NCBI GenBank assembly: GCA_026023565.1
Contig: JAPETS010000009.1
Location: forward strand, 806,001 to 843,830
Direction of reading: 5' to 3'
Source: Cirrosporium novae-zelandiae
Taxonomy: Eukaryota
Length of the DNA: 37,830 nucleotides
Below, piece after piece: positions 33,651 to 37,830 of this stretch. Position numbers and translations under genes: made by a program. Under the pieces are notes generated by a model. The model was not told the DNA's origin and did no database searches. It saw only the letters and a list, made by a program, of their open reading frames with translations. Numbering within the stretch: the first letter of the stretch is position 1; each line of letters begins with the position of its first letter.

Positions 33651-35309
33651 AACTGAATTATTTTGTTCGCATGTTTAAAACCAACTTTATGGTTTTTTTT
33701 TAGAGATTAAATATTACAAACTCATGACTTTATATCGATACAGAACAATACGAGAATAATACCCGTTCGAAATGAAAAGACCTTCCCCCCCCATCTCCCA
33801 AACCGTTCTATCCCCTTCCACCTCAACCCCCAGCCCCCCACATCCCATTAAAAACCCCTTAAAACCCCATCATCATCCTGTTCCATGATAATGACCTCAT
33901 ACCTTCTTCACCTTTTTATCAGCAACAAGGTTGATACACACTCTAGAAATAGCCCAATGTCTCGTGGGGTCTTTGTTCTTGGAATGTAAATAGGTCCTTG
34001 GTCAATTCCAACAATTCGATTTTGGGCTGGGCGCTGTAGCTGCGACCAAGTGTGCTAATTATAAGGGGTATCGAAGAACTCAATTGAAACATGAAATCTC
34101 TCGAGCCTAGTTCAGGCGCGGTAGTTTTGGTTCATCTAGTTCTATCCACACCCATCCCGTCTCACACAACACCATTCCAGTTCAAACATTGGCCCATTAA
34201 CACGAATAGTGTACCGTACAAAGGGTTTCGCTGGCACGTCTTTACCCTAGGTCGTCGCTGCAAGAGTTGTTGATAAAAATTGATTTGCAAGCAGCCGAAT
34301 TAGTTGGGGGGAGGGGGGGGGTAAGATAGCAGCAACATGGAATCCCCCCCCCCTTTATCTGAACTGCTATATCCTGCTATGGAAGTACTTGATTTAATTA
34401 AAGGTTCTTGCTTAGACTAGTGCCTGGTGGGCTCCTTTGATGAGGGAAGCGAAACTAAGAGAATGGGTTATATGATATAATCCCCATAAAGGGGGAGGTT
34501 AAGGAGGAAAGGTTGGGTTTTTATAAAAGGTAAAGGGAAAAGAAAAAGAAAAAGAAGAAAGTTGTGGAAAAAAAAAATAGTTGATTATATAATCCCATGT
34601 GGGGGAGAAGAGTTTAAGGTTGAATATATATATAAAAAAGAAGTAAAGCGATTGATTGATTCAAGGATCTTTTTTATGTAGTCAGTCTCTAAGTTGGTGG
34701 AATGAAGAGAGAGAGAGGAAAGGATAGAGATGAAAGGAAAAGAAAAGAAGAAAAAAATCGTGGAAGAGAAAGAGAGAGAGAGAGTGTGTGTGGTTTATAT
34801 AACCCTCACAGGGAGGGGAGAGGCCTCCTAGGGATATTTTCACTTCTCAAGCTAGATTCACCACTCTCAGGTCCATATTCACTCGTTTACATCCAAACAC
34901 ACACACATCCACACACACACACAACCAGTGAATTTGTAGTTACCAATAATCAACCACGCACGCACGCGTCAATTCGATCTCAGGAACCAATTAATTCCAC
35001 CTGAAGACTCCCTCTGTCTCCCTAGAGATCGATTTCAATCAATGATAATTTCGTGCAGTAGTCATGGATTAAACAAACGAGAGAGAGGGGGGAAATATTT
35101 ATACACGCACACTGGAAGACAAGATATCTAATAATAGAAGAAGTGAGAAGTGAGATAAGCTTAGTCTTTGTTTCGAGACCGCCGACGTTCGAACGGTCCC
35201 GGTTTAATTCAAGGTCTCTTCTCTTTGTGACAAAGAAAGAGAGACCTTGTTTCATTTGTTATTATTTGCATTGATATGATATGATATCAAACCTATCAAT
35301 CAAAGGAAA

Positions 35310-35349
35310 AGTAGTAGTGGTAGTAGTAGTGGTAGTAGTAGTAGTAGTA
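35310..35349. repeat. (TAG/TGG)n trinucleotide microsatellite
   Basis: agtagtagtggtagtagtagtggtagtagtagtagtagta. Confidence 0.85.
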
Positions 35350-35937
35350 TAATAAGTAATCTCTCCAAATGGAATCAATCCATCAATCCACCGCCCAACC
35401 AACCAACCACCTCTGAAAAAAAGGCCGTAGCACGGAGGGAAGTGACATAAATGTAGAGAGAAGTTTCTAGTGCAATTCAATCAAGATGACCGGATGCCTT
35501 CCTTTTCAATTATTCACCTACTGTGCTCCGTTTAGTTGGCCCCCAATTGATTGAGAAACCCATTTCTCTTTTCTCCGCGACAGCCTGCAATTCATCAAAT
35601 AAAATAAATATGTGTAAAGACAGAGGCACCACCCTGACCTCAAGAAACAAAAAGCTGTCCACCCTCCTCCACTCGGGAGTTGTAAGAAATAAGTTGTAAA
35701 AAAAAAACTGTTGGGGGTATTCATGTCGTAAAATGAGAAAGTCAAGCATCCTGGGCCGAGCAAAGCGTATTCGTTCCGCATGCTCAAGGCCAATATCGTT
35801 GTCCGCCATCTTCATCGTATAAACGCCGCGCTCGAGAATAATATGTCCGATCGATAAGATGTTCTTTGCCATCTGAACGTGCCGCGGCAGACAGCAGTCC
35901 TTCAATGAATGCCCGATTCAACGCCAGGTAAATGTTA

Positions 35938-37074
35938 TTACATCGAGCCCATCCTTAATAACGCCTCCACCGCCTCGCGTTCCTGCGAGTCACCCGTAAC
36001 GCCATTTGGAAACTGAAAACTTTCAATATTTATGTTCATAGTCGGCACACTTTTTGGTAATGTCGATGGACCACCACCCCGATGCGAGTGTCGTGGATAA
36101 TTTGCCGAAAGATAATTGTAAGCTGGACCACCCCCAGAGACAGGAAAGCTTCCGGCTCTGAGGGCGGCAGCTCCGATGCTCGCCCAATCTTCCTCATCTG
36201 TCACATCACCCATATCTTCGTCCATTCCTTGATCATCTGGAGCCTCAGACGAGGAGCAAGATTCATCACAAGAGTCTCCATCAAGCGACATCTTGTCCGC
36301 CTCATTTTCAAGCATCGTGGCATCGTCTTGATCGTCCTGAAGAAAATCCATATCGGAGTTCCGAGAACGGGACTGATAATCCTTATTTCGGTCCCAGGCT
36401 TTACCGCTTGGAATATGAACTCCATCACGATAAGCAGGCGGTGATGCCGATGACTCGGATTGGTGCATGGACCGATCTCGGGAAGGGTGGCCCTTAAGGC
36501 GGGCGTCCCAACGGCCCCATCCGACTTTTTCGAAAACCACGTCACCGTTTAACCCACCACCTTCACCGCCACTGCCCCGACCTTCCAACGCAGCAACAAC
36601 CAACCTTCGAGCTTTTGCAGCCGGAATTCCAGAGAAACCAGGGACAGAGGCTGTCAAATAACCCATTATATGACGAATAGCTAGAGGACCGTTGTTCAAC
36701 AGGACATCCGGAAGATGATGCTTGGCCAAAAGATTGGGGGTGATGGCCCCCGAAGAGTCGGACCTCAAACTTGTAGCAGGCTGGTCCTGACTCTTAGCAT
36801 GCTCGACAGCATCTTGAAGATCGATATCGGACTCGATGTGCTGTGGTGGAGGAGTATCCGGAGTCTTGAGGCCCCGACGAGCTTTAAGGCCCTGCGGAGG
36901 TAAAGGAGGAGAGATCGAACTAGGAGGAGTCGGAAGCATGTTGGGCTTCTTGGAACCAGATCCAACTGCTCCAGCTGCATATGAACCCATATCGTGAGGT
37001 TTAGGAATATCCAAAGAAGCTGTTTTCCCAGCCAAAGCAAGAGCAATGCTGGAAGTGTGCATAGCGGGAGCCAT
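35938..37074 (-). CDS. STB3: Stb3-like putative Sin3-binding protein
   Basis: Single-exon 378-aa ORF with ITPNLLAKHHLP..LLNNGPLAIRHI..YL...VPGF......KARRLVVAALE, VVFEKVGWGRW, TDEEDWASIGA and a C-terminal EREAVEALL. Confidence 0.88.
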   Translation of the reverse strand: MAPAMHTSSIALALAGKTASLDIPKPHDMGSYAAGAVGSGSKKPNMLPTPPSSISPPLPPQGLKARRGLKTPDTPPPQHIESDIDLQDAVEHAKSQDQPATSLRSDSSGAITPNLLAKHHLPDVLLNNGPLAIRHIMGYLTASVPGFSGIPAAKARRLVVAALEGRGSGGEGGGLNGDVVFEKVGWGRWDARLKGHPSRDRSMHQSESSASPPAYRDGVHIPSGKAWDRNKDYQSRSRNSDMDFLQDDQDDATMLENEADKMSLDGDSCDESCSSSEAPDDQGMDEDMGDVTDEEDWASIGAAALRAGSFPVSGGGPAYNYLSANYPRHSHRGGGPSTLPKSVPTMNINIESFQFPNGVTGDSQEREAVEALLRMGSM

Positions 37075-37830
37075 TTTCCGATATCGATGTTTGCGTTTGT
37101 TTCTCTAAATAGCAAGTAGGTATGAGTCAGCGTGATGGCTGTGAATTTGGGAAGCGAAGGAAGGACAAAGACAGAGTATTGGAGGATCCAAATATTGCAG
37201 AATTCTTTGTTCAAAATGTAGAGGTCGCTGGGGGGGTTTGTTATGTATTACTCACAGGTTCAAAGAGGAGAAACAAGCGAGTTGTTTATGCAGACGCAGC
37301 GGTTGATAGCTGGGCGACTGGTGGAATGAGGTGAGACAATGCGACGGCAATGATAACAACGTTTGCGACAGAACACAAGAGCTCCGTCACTGGGGGTTTT
37401 TGATGCGAAATTGATTCCCCTAGTAATTTTGAGGAATAGGAGGAGAATTTAAAATCAAGCAAGAAGAGTGCGAGGGCGACAAGCGTGGATAATAAAGCGG
37501 GGGATTAAGTTGTGGGAAAAGTTGTTGAATGTTGGAAAGGGCAGCAAGTACAATCGTCCTGTACTCCGAATGACTTGATGCGACTTTGCGACTGAAGACC
37601 TTTGTGGTATTCACTTTTGGTACAGGGAAGCTACTCTGGTACTATGTACTTTTGGGATTCGATGCAAATTAGACCGGGTAGAAGGTGTGGAGGCGTAGAG
37701 GCTTGGGGGGGGGGGGGGGAAGAGGAATTATAGTATGAAAGATGGTATTGGTTGATTTTAAGAGTGGGTTTTTTTGATTGTTGGTGGACTTCCTTGGTCT
37801 TTGTTGGTGTGTGAAGGGGGGAGGTGTGGG

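Noticed and set aside
34448..34620. Two degenerate TATAATCCC(C)AT..GGGGGAG..TTAAGG copies
   Set aside because: Short and embedded in low-complexity DNA, with no terminal inverted repeats or target-site duplication to support a MITE.
35510..35905. 131-aa minus-strand ORF downstream of STB3
   Set aside because: TTG start, no recognisable motif, runs into T-rich sequence, and STB3 ends in tandem TAA TAA; likely 3' UTR.
1..37830. tRNA, rRNA, CRISPR array or transposase
   Set aside because: The GTTCGA hits lack cloverleaf context; no repeat-spacer array and no transposase, reverse transcriptase or integrase motifs were seen.

Overview
Intron-containing genomic DNA from a filamentous ascomycete (Pezizomycotina-type splice signals, microsatellite-rich intergenic DNA). 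I could splice by hand 11 apparently intact protein-coding genes: 40S ribosomal protein S12, a Hos4-like ankyrin protein, a Dfg10-like polyprenol reductase, an ALKBH6-like dioxygenase, parvulin Pin4, a single-finger C2H2 protein, an alpha/beta hydrolase, an AtrR-type Zn2Cys6 regulator, an m-AAA protease (Afg3/Yta12), a DUF1295 membrane protein and an Stb3-like protein. A twelfth locus (30159-32225) is a disrupted Upf1/DNA2-like SF1 helicase gene with intact introns, an in-frame TAA immediately followed by ATG, a 1-nt frameshift and no C-terminal half. The best leads are this helicase locus, two CGG-N12-CCG (AtrR-type) sites upstream of genes near atrR, uORFs ending in an ATGA overlap on both sides of one divergent promoter, and a possible cryptic spliced locus at 17.1-19.4 kb. 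No tRNA, rRNA, CRISPR array or recognisable transposon was seen. Family assignments are from motif recognition only, with no database search.
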